From Octopus sinensis (lineage: Eukaryota), in NCBI RefSeq assembly GCF_006345805.1, contig NW_021824600.1:1-22407 (forward strand): a stretch of 22,407 nt of DNA, written 5' to 3'. The notes under the pieces are model-generated. The model was not told where the DNA came from, did not search any database, and was given only the letters and a program-made list of their open reading frames with translations. Positions within the stretch are counted from its first letter, which is position 1. Every line of letters starts with the position of its first letter. The position numbers and the translations under genes are program-made. Shown in pieces: positions 1 to 9,862 of this stretch.

Positions 1-457
1 GCACTTACACACAGAGGAGCAACTTCAGGCTTTGGATTATTCTTGGGTAGATTTCTTAGGTTCCTATTATTTTGATTATCATTTCTATAGTTGTGCTGAT
101 ATCTAAAGTATTGCTATTATTTATTGATCCTTCAGCTTCATCATTTAGGTTTAAAAGTCCTACCATGATTTCTTATATTATTGGTAATGTTACATTTATT
201 GTTAGTCTTTTTCTCCGACTGCATATTGCTGTTATAAATATCACTGATATTTTCATTCCTCCTTATTTCTCCTTGCCCATTATTATCTATTATTTCTATT
301 ATTAACATTATTACTTTCTATTAATATCGGCATTGTTTTATTACTATTAATGTTAATGTTATTAGTCATTCTGTGGTACTAATTTCACCTATGTTTGATA
401 GTTACTATGTTGTTTTTTATTGTTGGTAGTATTATTATAATTGCTATTGGTATTCAT
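1..457 (-). pseudogene. Possible decayed Asn-rich ORF remnant (retroelement-like), running off the window start
   Basis: Manual minus-strand reading gives Asn-rich stretches (MNTNSNYNNTTNNKK..., NNGQGEIRRNENISDIYNSNMQSEKK..., RNDNQNNRNLRNLPKNNPKPEVAPLCV) broken by stops and frameshifts. No diagnostic motif was seen. Confidence 0.25.
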
Positions 458-1399
458 GCTGATTTATTATTTTTATTCTATCTTTCCTGGCTAGTTTAAT
501 TGGGAAATAGTTAGGAGAGCAATTCCGTATAAAAATAGGGTTGGTTGCCAACTATGCTCCATGGAAGACGTATGAAATTCTAAAGCATAGAAAACATAGA
601 CTTATGAATAATCATATCGAACTAGTCAAGTTTGTGTCCACGCTAAATTGAAGACTTTAAATATTTTAAATGATTAGAATAGCCGTAACTAGATAGATAG
701 ATATAACTTGATTTCTACTACTATATAAGCCTGCTTTAAGTAATAACTAAGAGTTCTCACACTACAGTTATCTTTTTTCCTTATATTCTGCAATCAGTGT
801 TTTGAGAACGGGAAATGAATAGTACTTAATACCTGCTTATTGAGGCTTTATTAATTTCAACTCATATTTTTAAATTCTTATTTAAATCTTAATTGTAATT
901 TTTAATTTTAATTCCTAACTTAATCTAATTTAAGTAGCATAACTCTAATAAAATAAATGAGTACTATAGCCCCATAATTCTATTTCAAATTAATAAATAA
1001 GGCTACCCCCTCGGTGATAATATGATTATCTTCATTATGATAGACAATACTCTAACACCTTGTAAATGATCTTCTAAGATTTGACCTGTAGTCCCGTCAT
1101 GTATGAATAATAACGGCAAACTCCTTAAGCCAATAAAATGAATAAATTAAATAAGTAAGTTTTAATGACTTTTGATAAGATTATACTTAGATTTCCTAAT
1201 GTATTTTCTTTGATTTTAGCATCTGACCCTTAACCCCGTGACTGTGTTATCTCTTTAGATTCTCTTTAAATTCATAGCTGATTTCAACAGCAAATAATTA
1301 GCTGTTTTTACTGGCCAAAGAATAATATTCCCTCTAGTTCCTAGATGCCTGTAAATAAAACCAGACTTGCCGCCTACTAATTCGCTGTATAACTAGAAC

Positions 1400-1585
1400 C
1401 CCTTTTTTATTTTTATTTTTCCCTTCTTTCCCTATTTCTTTCTCTTTCTCTTTTTTCTGTTTCTTCTTCTTATTCTCTTTTTCCTTTCTCTCTCTTTTAG
1501 TCCCTTCCCCTCCCTTTTTTTGCTCCCTCCTCCCTTTTTTTCTCTCTTTTCTCCTATTCCCTTCTCTTCTATTCTTTGCCTCTCT
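1400..1585. repeat. Polypyrimidine (CT/T-rich) low-complexity tract
   Basis: Almost purely C/T on the + strand. Confidence 0.85.
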
Positions 1586-1686
1586 AGAAAGCCCTTCAGC
1601 CTTTAAAAGTTAATAGCTACGGCCTCTTGTAAATAGCAGTAACGTGATTAATGTGGCAAATACCTAATCATATAACAAGAACTGAT

Positions 1687-1965
1687 ACCTACCTCATTGT
1701 GTTCAACCATTGATAAATTTATCACCTGTGAATATAAATTCCTCTCATTTCTCTGGAAACTTACATCTACACCATTGGAAATTGTGCATCTATACAAAGG
1801 ATTAATTCACCCTCTCTGTAATGCTAATAAGCAGGAATTGAGACCCACCTCGTTGTGATTAACAATGGATAAATTTGTCTTCTGTGAGTATGTAATCCCT
1901 CATCATATCTCTGGAAATTCATATGTGCTCTATGGATTAGGTCACCTTCTCTGTGATGCTATTAG
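1687..1965. repeat. Diverged tandem duplication (~156-bp unit, second copy with deletions)
   Basis: acctacctcattgtgttcaaccattgataaattt... at 1687 aligns with acccacctcgttgtgattaacaatggataaattt... at 1843. Similarity continues through tctctggaaa and tcacc(c/t)tctctgt(a/g)atgcta. Confidence 0.75.
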
Positions 1966-2246
1966 AACTTTTTTAAAATTCTGTGATAAGACTGTACATC
2001 ATCTTTAAAGAACTTTAATGAACTTTGGAACTCTGTTTATGTTACTTAATTATCTACATTACTTCATGAGTAGCCTCAACCACTAGGATGTCTAGAGAAC
2101 TCACATGTATTTTAGCTGATGAGTACGGGACACGTTGATTGCTGTAATTTTTATACAACTTTTAATAAAGCCTGTCCTTGTATGAAACGATTGTACTAAA
2201 AACCTATCCATTCTTGTTGCTTCTTCTCCGCGTATATATATATATA

Positions 2247-2580
2247 TATATAAAAGGAAATGAAGAAAATGCTGACAAAATAATTTAAGTAAGGGAGAGG
2301 TATTTAATTAGTTTGAAAGTTCTTTTACCGGTTGCGCATTTGTTGATGCTTATCAAAAGATATTTTGAGTCCTTTCTTCTCTGATTGATTTTTTTCTCTT
2401 CTGATAAGAGAAAAAATCAATCAGAAAGGAACTGAGAAAAAAATCAATCTGAAAGGAACCCTATCTTTTGATAAGCATAACAAATGCGCAACCGGTAAAA
2501 GAATTTTCACCTAATTAAATACACTCTCCCTTACTTAAATTATTTTGCCAGCATTTTCTTCATCTCCTTATTTTATATAT
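2247..2580. mobile_element. Foldback/MITE-like element with ~112-bp inverted arms and an internal hairpin
   Basis: 2251-2362 is the near reverse complement of 2462-2577. An internal hairpin ctgattgatttttttctctt / aagagaaaaaatcaatcag lies at 2381-2424. The element is embedded in TA runs. Confidence 0.85.
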
Positions 2581-2605
2581 CACAACTCGTGTTCCACATC
2601 TCCTT

Positions 2606-2643
2606 TTTTAAATATATATATACAATATATATATATATATATA

Positions 2644-2695
<52 letters not shown>
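2606..2695. repeat. (TA)n microsatellite
   Basis: Direct inspection. Confidence 0.97.
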
Positions 2696-2697
<2 letters not shown>

Positions 2698-2744
2698 ATA
2701 TTGTTTGTGCAAGATTTTTTATGTGAAGTCGTGTGTTGAAACAG

Positions 2745-3245
2745 ATATTGTTATATTTCGGAATGGTCATTTTGCCAGTTTAGCCATAAAACACACGCAA
2801 TATATATTTGGTGTTATTTTGCTTCAGTGTTATTTATTTTTTTACATTAATATTAATCTTATTTCGGCCCAGTTCTTTCGTCACACTCCTGTGACCGCAT
2901 CAGTGGTCCTTTGTTTTCTTCTTCTTATAAACAAGATACAAATTTACAGGCATACACACCTAAATAAACATAAACGCACATAGAGATATAAGCATGCGCA
3001 AATGAAGACATACAATAGAAATACAAAATGGCTGACGGTTAGTAAGGCGAGACACAAATAAGAAAGAAGAAAAACAAAGGACCACTGATGCGGTCACAGG
3101 AGTGTGTGGACGAAAACTCTGGCCGAAATAAGATTAAGATTAATGTAAAAAATAAATAACACTGAAGCAAAATAACACCAAATATATAGTGCGTGTGTTT
3201 TGTTGGCTAAACTGGCAAAATGACCATTCCGAAATATAACAATAT
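2745..3245. mobile_element. Inverted repeat with ~180-bp arms (same family as 14045-14425; probably Penelope-like terminal repeats)
   Basis: 2745-2927 is the near reverse complement of 3059-3245 (e.g. ggaatggtcattttgccagtttagcc vs ggctaaactggcaaaatgaccattcc). The same sequence recurs at ~14066-14265. Confidence 0.8.
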
Positions 3246-3284
<39 letters not shown>

Positions 3285-3297
3285 ATATATATATATA

Positions 3298-3603
3298 GAC
3301 GCAGACGTGGCTCTATGGTAAAAAAACTTGCTTCCCAGCGACATGGTTCCTGGTTCGGTCCCACGGTCCCAGAGCGTGACAGTTTGAGAGAGTGTCTTCT
3401 ACTATAGCCTCGGCTTGGGAATGGATTTGACGGATGGAAATTGAAAGAAGCCCATCTTGTACGTGTATGTATATATTTATGTCCCAGATACTTTGCGGCT
3501 CGGCAAAAATACTCCGATAGAATAATTTACAACTTTTAAAGAAAAAATGGTACTGGGGTTTCGTTCGCTTGACTAAAATCTTTGCCTAATGACTTAAACA
3601 AGA
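3298..3603 (+). mobile_element. Diverged tRNA-derived SINE, family A-related
   Basis: Colinear with the 8956-9367 copy: gtggctctatggt head, ggttcggtccc B-box-like motif, gtgtcttctactatagcctcgg, gaaattgaaagaagcc, ttcggcaaaa...gatagaataa, tgacttaaacaag. Confidence 0.8.
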
Positions 3604-3624
3604 TATATATATATATATATAAAA

Positions 3625-4082
3625 GGGTTTTCAGAATGAAATAAAATACCAAGACTGTGAAGATTTTAGAACATTTATGAATAGGTCTTACAGCTGTTTC
3701 TAGGATATTTTTATATCCCTTCTTCGGTGACGGTGGGAGAAGATGGTTAAGCTATAGTTAATTTAGATAAGATACGAAACAAAGAGTTAAGTGGAGGAAC
3801 GAAAATAGATGCGAGATATGCAGCGATATTGCATTTGTAGATCGATTATTTAGGCAGAATGGTTTACATATAAGATTCCCAATACCTTGTGAGTAAAATC
3901 CAATAGTATTTAAATTGGTCATTCTAAGTAGAGTTTGTACACAGTGCTATTGAATTAAGGGTTTCTCACACCAGTTTCTCATGAAGGGATATAATAAATA
4001 TCTGGAAACAGCTGTAGGACTTTCTTTTTATAAATGATCTAAAATCTTCACAGCCTTGGTTCTTTTATCTCATTCTGAAAAA
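3625..4082. mobile_element. Inverted-repeat element (~100-bp arms), each arm carrying a hammerhead-like motif; Penelope-like pseudo-LTR candidate
   Basis: 3627-3730 is the near reverse complement of ~3978-4082. Both arms contain C(U/C)(C/G)ANGA - stem - GAAA - ACAGCUGU palindrome - A. Confidence 0.75.
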
Positions 4083-4215
4083 AAAATTATGTATACACAT
4101 ACTGATATGTGACTTACGGTGAACTCCCTATTCGCATAATCACCGAACCCAGAGCTTAACTATGGTTATCCATAGCATTACTCGGGTCTTATGGGACACC
4201 GTCACCTCTCATAAC

Positions 4216-4218
<3 letters not shown>

Positions 4219-4267
<49 letters not shown>

Positions 4268-4488
4268 TATATATGTTTACTCACATATTTATATACATAT
4301 GTATAATATCTATATCCCTATCTATATTTATATTATATGGAGAGAGAGAGAGAGAGATATGAAAAATATCTCTATACATACATATAAACATACATATGTA
4401 TATATTTACATAAATATATCTATATATATATATATATATATAATATATATATACATAAATATTACACACATATATGTATATATATATA

Positions 4489-4526
<38 letters not shown>

Positions 4527-4529
4527 TAC

Positions 4530-4560
<31 letters not shown>

Positions 4561-4809
4561 ATATAAAATATACATATGTATATGAAAAAGTCATAGAAAT
4601 GCCCTTTCTGATAATTTTTCAAATTCAATAATTAAATATTATTAGGCGTAAACACTAATTACTTCTAAACGTGTAAACATCTCGTTATTAAAGTAGGAAA
4701 ATTATCAGAAGAGCCGTTTCTATTCATTTTTTTTCAAATACATAATACAGTATCAAGGACTTCCTACTTTTAATTTGTATATATATATGCACTATATATA
4801 TATATATAT

Positions 4810-4868
<59 letters not shown>

Positions 4869-4878
4869 ATATATATAT

Positions 4879-4929
<51 letters not shown>

Positions 4930-4949
4930 GCACTATACTATATATATTA

Positions 4950-4985
<36 letters not shown>

Positions 4986-4986
4986 A

Positions 4987-5054
<68 letters not shown>
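4219..5054. repeat. Compound (TA)n/(GA)n/(TACA)n microsatellite block, interrupted at ~4580-4775
   Basis: Direct inspection. Confidence 0.95.
4584..4735. repeat. Small imperfect inverted repeat (~36-bp arms), possible old MITE
   Basis: gaaaaagtcatagaaatgccctttctgataattttt (from 4584) is similar to the reverse complement of gaaaattatcagaagagccgtttctattcattttttttc (4697-4735). Confidence 0.55.
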
Positions 5055-5437
5055 GTGTTATTAGTGCAAACGAGTGGGGTGGAGATAGAAGAAATGACGT
5101 TGACATCGCAAAGAGGATATATTTTAATCTAATTATATTCTAAGACTTAGAAATTCACTTGACCGGCTTCACATTAGACTTTCAAACTGCACAGTAGATA
5201 AAGCTGTGTCGAAAATTATATCCATTATAAAAATACTTTCTTATTAAATTAGTAAACTGGCTCGGAACGCTATCCGTTAACGTATAAAATTGATTGGACG
5301 CCGTTTATGTACTGCACCCATGTGACAGCAACAAATAGACAGTTAGGTAGATAGAGACATATACATATACATACACTGACATATAATTACATATATGTAT
5401 ATGTAAAATATATATACACACAATGTATATTCACAGA

Positions 5438-5466
5438 GGCGTAGGAGTGGCTGTGTGGTAAATAGC
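5438..5466 (+). mobile_element. SINE family A, 5' head fragment
   Basis: ggcgtaggagtggctgtgtggtaaatagc matches the head of the 8956 copy. Confidence 0.8.
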
Positions 5467-5471
5467 GTAAA

Positions 5472-6047
5472 GGCGGCGAGCTGGCAGAAACGTTAGCGCG
5501 CCGGACGAAATGCCGAGAGGTATTTCGTCTGTCGCTACGTTCTGAGTTCAAATTCCGACTTAATACCTATGTCTGTCCTTGTTTGTCCCCTCTATGTTTA
5601 GCTCCTTGTGGGTAATAAAGAAATAGGTATTTCGTCTGCCGCGACGTTCTGAGTTCAAATTCCGCCGAGGTCGACTTTGCCTTTCATCTTTTCGGGATCG
5701 ATTAAATAAGTACCGGCTACGCACAGGGGTCGTTATAATCGACTTAATACTTATGTCTGTCCTTGTTTGTCCCCTCTATATTTATCCCTTGTGGGTAATA
5801 AAGAAATAAGTATTTCGTCTGCCGTTACGTTCTGAGTTCAAATTCCGCCTAGGTCGACTTTGCCTTTCATCCTTTCGGGGTCGATTAAATAAGTACCAGT
5901 TACGCACTGGGGTCGATATAATAGACTTAATACCTATGTCTGTCCTTGTTTGTCCCCTCTATGTTTAGCCCCTTGTGCGTAATAAAGAAATTGGTATTTC
6001 GTCTGCCGCGACGTTCTGAGTTCAAATCCCGCCGAGGTCGACTTTGC
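5472..6047 (+). mobile_element. tRNA-derived SINE family B expanded into a head-to-tail tandem array (~183-184-bp unit)
   Basis: One head (ggcggcgagctggcagaaacgttagc) is followed by gtatttcgtctg at 5520, 5627, 5810 and 5994 (spacings 107, 183, 184). Each unit has a B-box-like gagttcaaa(t)tcc. Confidence 0.9.
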
Positions 6048-6116
6048 TATAGTAGAAGGCACTTGCCCAAGGTGGTTGGTAAGCAAGCTACTTACCACAC
6101 AACCACTCCTATGTCT
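6046..6116 (-). mobile_element. SINE family A, 5' fragment with an internal deletion of the B-box region
   Basis: Reverse complement reads agacataggagtggttgtgtggtaagtagcttgcttaccaaccac|cttgggcaagtgccttctactatagc. Confidence 0.8.
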
Positions 6117-6812
6117 GATATGTATGTATATATTTATATATACATACCTACATATATACAAGCATATCGTATATGTGAATGTGTTTGTATTAGCGAGCAG
6201 GAATGTGTGTGTGTGTGTGTGTGTTTGTGTGTGTGCAAATAAAGTTATCAACTGTTAAAATTCAATAGCTACTTTTGAGAGATTGTTTCGGAGACAATGA
6301 AACTAATCGTTTAATCTACTCGTCACACCAATATCGGAAGAAAAGAGAGGTTTTGTAAAACACTTCATAGCATCCGCTTATATAGTCGAAAATGATATCA
6401 GAAAATGGGAAATCGGTGGCGGGATGCCTAGAATCACATTGAATTCTTTATCTTGATTCACTTAAGTGAAATTGGAAATGGTTAAGACAGAGAAAACAGA
6501 TTGGAAAACACTTAAAAAGGAGAAAAAACGGAAAGAGATACAGGAAAGTAAATGAGTGGACAAATTCGAGGTTAGATGCGAACAAATAGAATAGAAATAA
6601 AAGAAGAAAAAATAGAAGATGAGTGCGGACAGGTGAATGGCGAATGAAGAGTCTCGGTTCTTCGTTCATCATTTTTTTGATCCACTCAAGGATTAAAGTA
6701 TGAATGTTTTATGAAATGATGAGTAAAGTGACTAATGAGTGAGGTGTGAAGAGTGAAACGAATGAGGCGTTATGTTTCTCAGAGGTTTACACGCAGGGCC
6801 GACAATCAATAG

Positions 6813-7175
6813 ACTCTTTTACTCTTTTACTTGTTTCAGTCATGTGACTGTGGACATGCTGGAGCACCGCCTTTGGTCGAGCAAGTCGACCCTCAGGACT
6901 TATTCTTTGTAAGCCTAGTACTTATTCTATCGGTCTCTTTTGCCGAACCGCTAAATTAAGAGGACGTAAACACTCCAGCATCGGTTGTCAAGGAATGTTG
7001 GGGAGACAAACACAGACACACAAACATATACACACACATACACACACATATATATATACATATATACGACGAGCTTCTTTCAGTTTCCGTCTACCAACTC
7101 CACTCACAAGGCTTTGGTCGGCCCGAGGCTATAGAAGAAGACACTTGCCCGAGGTGTCACGTCATGGGATTACTG
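6813..7175 (-). mobile_element. SINE family A, lacking the first ~45 bp
   Basis: Reverse complement is colinear with 8956-9367, including the (AAGAGTA)-type tail and the internal (TG/TA) tract. Confidence 0.92.
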
Positions 7176-7176
7176 C

Positions 7177-7432
7177 ATATATATCGTTGCTATTATGCAA
7201 AAGTGTCGTAAGTCCAAAACATTGCTTTTTCAGAAAACGAAAAGAATAGTTTCACCATTTCATAGCAAAACCATTTTCACAATTTTTGATTTCTTGGCAT
7301 TCGAAGCGGGTGGAGATACGATAGTTTGACCAAAAGAACCGGTTATTGCAAGAAAAATAAATATTGAAAAATAAAACGCATTCGGCCAAATTTGTATATA
7401 CGACAGTTTAACATAATAGCAACGATATATAT
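7177..7432. mobile_element. MITE with ~33-bp terminal inverted repeats
   Basis: tatatatcgttgctattatgcaaaagtgtcgta (~7178-7210) pairs with tacgacagtttaacataatagcaacgatatata (~7399-7431). TA-rich termini; the interior is non-coding. Confidence 0.8.
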
Positions 7433-7454
7433 CTATACGTGTCGTACTTGTATT

Positions 7455-7630
7455 AGAAAGGGCCGGCCTTGTCCCATTCTGTGTCACGCTGAATCTTCCC
7501 GAGACCTACTTTAAAGGCACGCATATCTGAGGAGTACTCAGTCACTTGTGCGTTATTTTCAAGAGCAGGCCTGTTCCCTTGATCGTATCAATTGGAAGAA
7601 ACCCTCGTTCGAACCGACGAAGTGCCGGTG
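7455..7630 (+). mobile_element. Probable fragment of another interspersed repeat (SINE 3' part)
   Basis: GC-richer island that resembles an Octopus repeat as I recall it. There is no second copy in this window, so support is weak. Confidence 0.35.
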
Positions 7631-7669
7631 TATAAATACAAACATATACCCACAAATATATGCCGCACT

Positions 7670-7729
7670 CACACACACTCTCACACGAACACACAGACAC
7701 ATACACATACACATACACATACAGAGAGG

Positions 7730-7772
<43 letters not shown>
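7670..7772. repeat. (CA)n/(GA)n microsatellite
   Basis: Direct inspection. Confidence 0.95.
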
Positions 7773-8610
7773 CAGAAGCATCTGTTAGTTTCGTGAGACT
7801 GGATCTGCACTGGGATTTGTACACACACACACACACAAAATATCACAATGTATTATGCAACTGACTTTGTCTTGAGTATTCTTTAAAAATATTTTCCCTA
7901 TCTCCATGTATTAGCTTTTTACATTTATTTCGAAACAAAAATTTTTCTCAGTCCATTAACTCCCGCATCGCCTCTTCTGAAAAAGGATCTTGAAGCCACC
8001 ATTTAGAATTTAGAAACGCTATTTTTCAAGCTGAACATGAAAAGCAAATAAGGAAATATATACAATCTTTCATGAAAAGTTTAGCCTGAATCGCTGTCAT
8101 GTCTAAATATACCACGTTTAAAAAGAAAGTTCTGTCGAATATACTACATAGATATGAATACCCAGGGATATATTAATACATACATATAGGAAATGAAATT
8201 ATGCTACAAAAGGAAGAACATGTAAGATATCATGAAAAACAAGGAAAAGTTTCGCTTCACGCTAAGAGAAATAGAAGAAAAAAGACAAGTTTAAAAGCTT
8301 TGCACGTTAATTCTTCTGCAGAAAGATTGAATAATAGAAAATAAGAAAAGATTCAGGGGGAAAAATGAAAAAAGAAAAAAGTATGACGAAGATAATATCC
8401 TACTTGCGTTTCTCATTTTAACTACACTTTCAAAATGACCGCAGGTTTCTTGCAGGGAATGTAAAAGTAGGGGAGATAAGCTAGAGTGCAATGTGCGTGA
8501 GCGTGTGCATACGATGGGAAGATCCGACATGTTTTATGCGTATGTTTGCGTGTTATCTTCTTCGTAGCGTGAGTATGCTTTTGTTTCTTCTGCATGTGTT
8601 TGCAGTGAGC

Positions 8611-8642
<32 letters not shown>

Positions 8643-8774
8643 CTGTCTGTCTGTCTGTCTGTCTGTCTGAAAAAGTTAAAAGTGTGTAGTCGTTTCTCAT
8701 ATATTTGTGTTTGTTCTTGGGCTGATAATGGTGGGTGTGTATCGTGCATTTTTTCCTTTTTTCCTTATATACAT

Positions 8775-8873
8775 ACACACACACACACATACACACACAC
8801 ACATATACATCCATATCCATGTATCCTATGTGCGTGTGTAACCGTATATATATATATTTTATATATATATATA

Positions 8874-8946
<73 letters not shown>
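8775..8946. repeat. (CA)n then long (TA)n microsatellite
   Basis: Direct inspection. Confidence 0.95.
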
Positions 8947-8949
<3 letters not shown>

Positions 8950-8955
8950 TAAATA

Positions 8956-9367
8956 GGCGCAGGAGTGGCTGTGTGGTAAGTAGCTGCTAACCAACCACAT
9001 GGTTCCGGGTTCAGTCCCACTGCGTGGCATCTTGGGCAAATGTCTTCTGCTATAGCCCCGGGCCGACCAATGCCTTGTGAGTGAATTTGTAGACGAAAAC
9101 TGAAAGAAGCCTGTCGTATATATGTATATGTATATATATGTATGTGTGTGTTTGTGTGTCTGTGTTCGTCCCTTTAGCATTGCTTGACAACCGATGCTGG
9201 TGTGTTTACGTCCCCGTCACTTAGCGGTTCGGCAAAAGAGACCGATAGAATGAGTACTGGGCTTACAAAGAATAAGTCCCGGGGTCGAATTGCTCGACTA
9301 AAGGCGGTGCTCCAGCATGGCCGCAGTCAAATGACTGAAACAAGTAAAAGAGTAAAGAGTAAGAGTA
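8956..9367 (+). mobile_element. Full-length tRNA-derived SINE, family A
   Basis: A-box-like tggctgtgtgg (8966-8976), B-box-like ggttcagtccc (9008-9018), an internal (TA/TG) tract and a simple-repeat tail aagtaaaagagtaaagagtaagag. Near-identical copies lie at 16377 (+) and 17363 (-). Confidence 0.95.
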
Positions 9368-9383
9368 TATATATGTATGTATG

Positions 9384-9862
9384 TATTGTGCCATCCCATA
9401 AATAATGCGGGTTTTTTATACATATTTTGTTTTTAAAATTACGATATACCAAGTTCCTTTTTAATCTAAAATATATTCTCCTTCCTTTTCTACAATGCTC
9501 ATCCACCTATCTGGTAGACTTGCAGAGCCCTTCTTCCAAAATTCACTTGTCCTGACAGAAAATACTCCAATACTGTTCTGACGTCGTCTACAGAGTTCAT
9601 ATTTTGGGGGTGTCGTTTCCCGTTCAAACTACTCCACCCTTCGGAATGTCATCCTCGCAGTATTTGACCGAGCATTATCCTGATGGCCAAAAAAAGTATT
9701 TTTTCTTCTAGCGCTGACTTAAGCCGCTCAATATTCTCGCAGTAATCTCCTTTGCAATCGTTTGGTTTGGGTTTAAAAGTTGAAAGTAGACTAAAAAATT
9801 TCATATCCCACCAAACAGATAATAACATCTTACGTGGGTGAAGACCTTCTTTAGCTTGATGT
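9384..9862 (-). mobile_element. Decayed mariner transposase, 3' part plus terminal inverted repeat
   Basis: Minus strand reads QAKEGLHPRKMLLSVWWD...HQDNARSNTARMTF...SEFWKKG.ASLPDRWMSIVEKEGEYILD* (stop at 9461-9463). The YSPDLAPSD region is deleted. A TIR-like end tattgtgccatcccataaataatgcggg starts at 9384. Confidence 0.92.

Noticed and set aside
1715-1760. Faint resemblance to Octopus C2H2 zinc-finger coding repeats (tatcac.tgtga...tctctggaaa)
   Set aside because: No 84-bp periodicity and no TGEKPY linker or CxxC/HxxxH in any frame I read.
5520-6047. CRISPR-like regular repeats
   Set aside because: Whole units are repeated with no unique spacers, the context is eukaryotic, and the units are SINE-derived.
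6448-6672. 74-aa hydrophobic minus-strand ORF
   Set aside because: It results from a purine-rich low-complexity tract on the + strand; no motif or convincing splice context.
8150-8240. GIY...IG...EH pattern suggesting a GIY-YIG endonuclease
   Set aside because: The spacing is wrong, there is an in-frame stop, and no other motif is present.
8422-9180. Longest ORF (252 aa, minus strand)
   Set aside because: It is built from an antisense SINE-A read-through plus TA/CA/GACA microsatellites.
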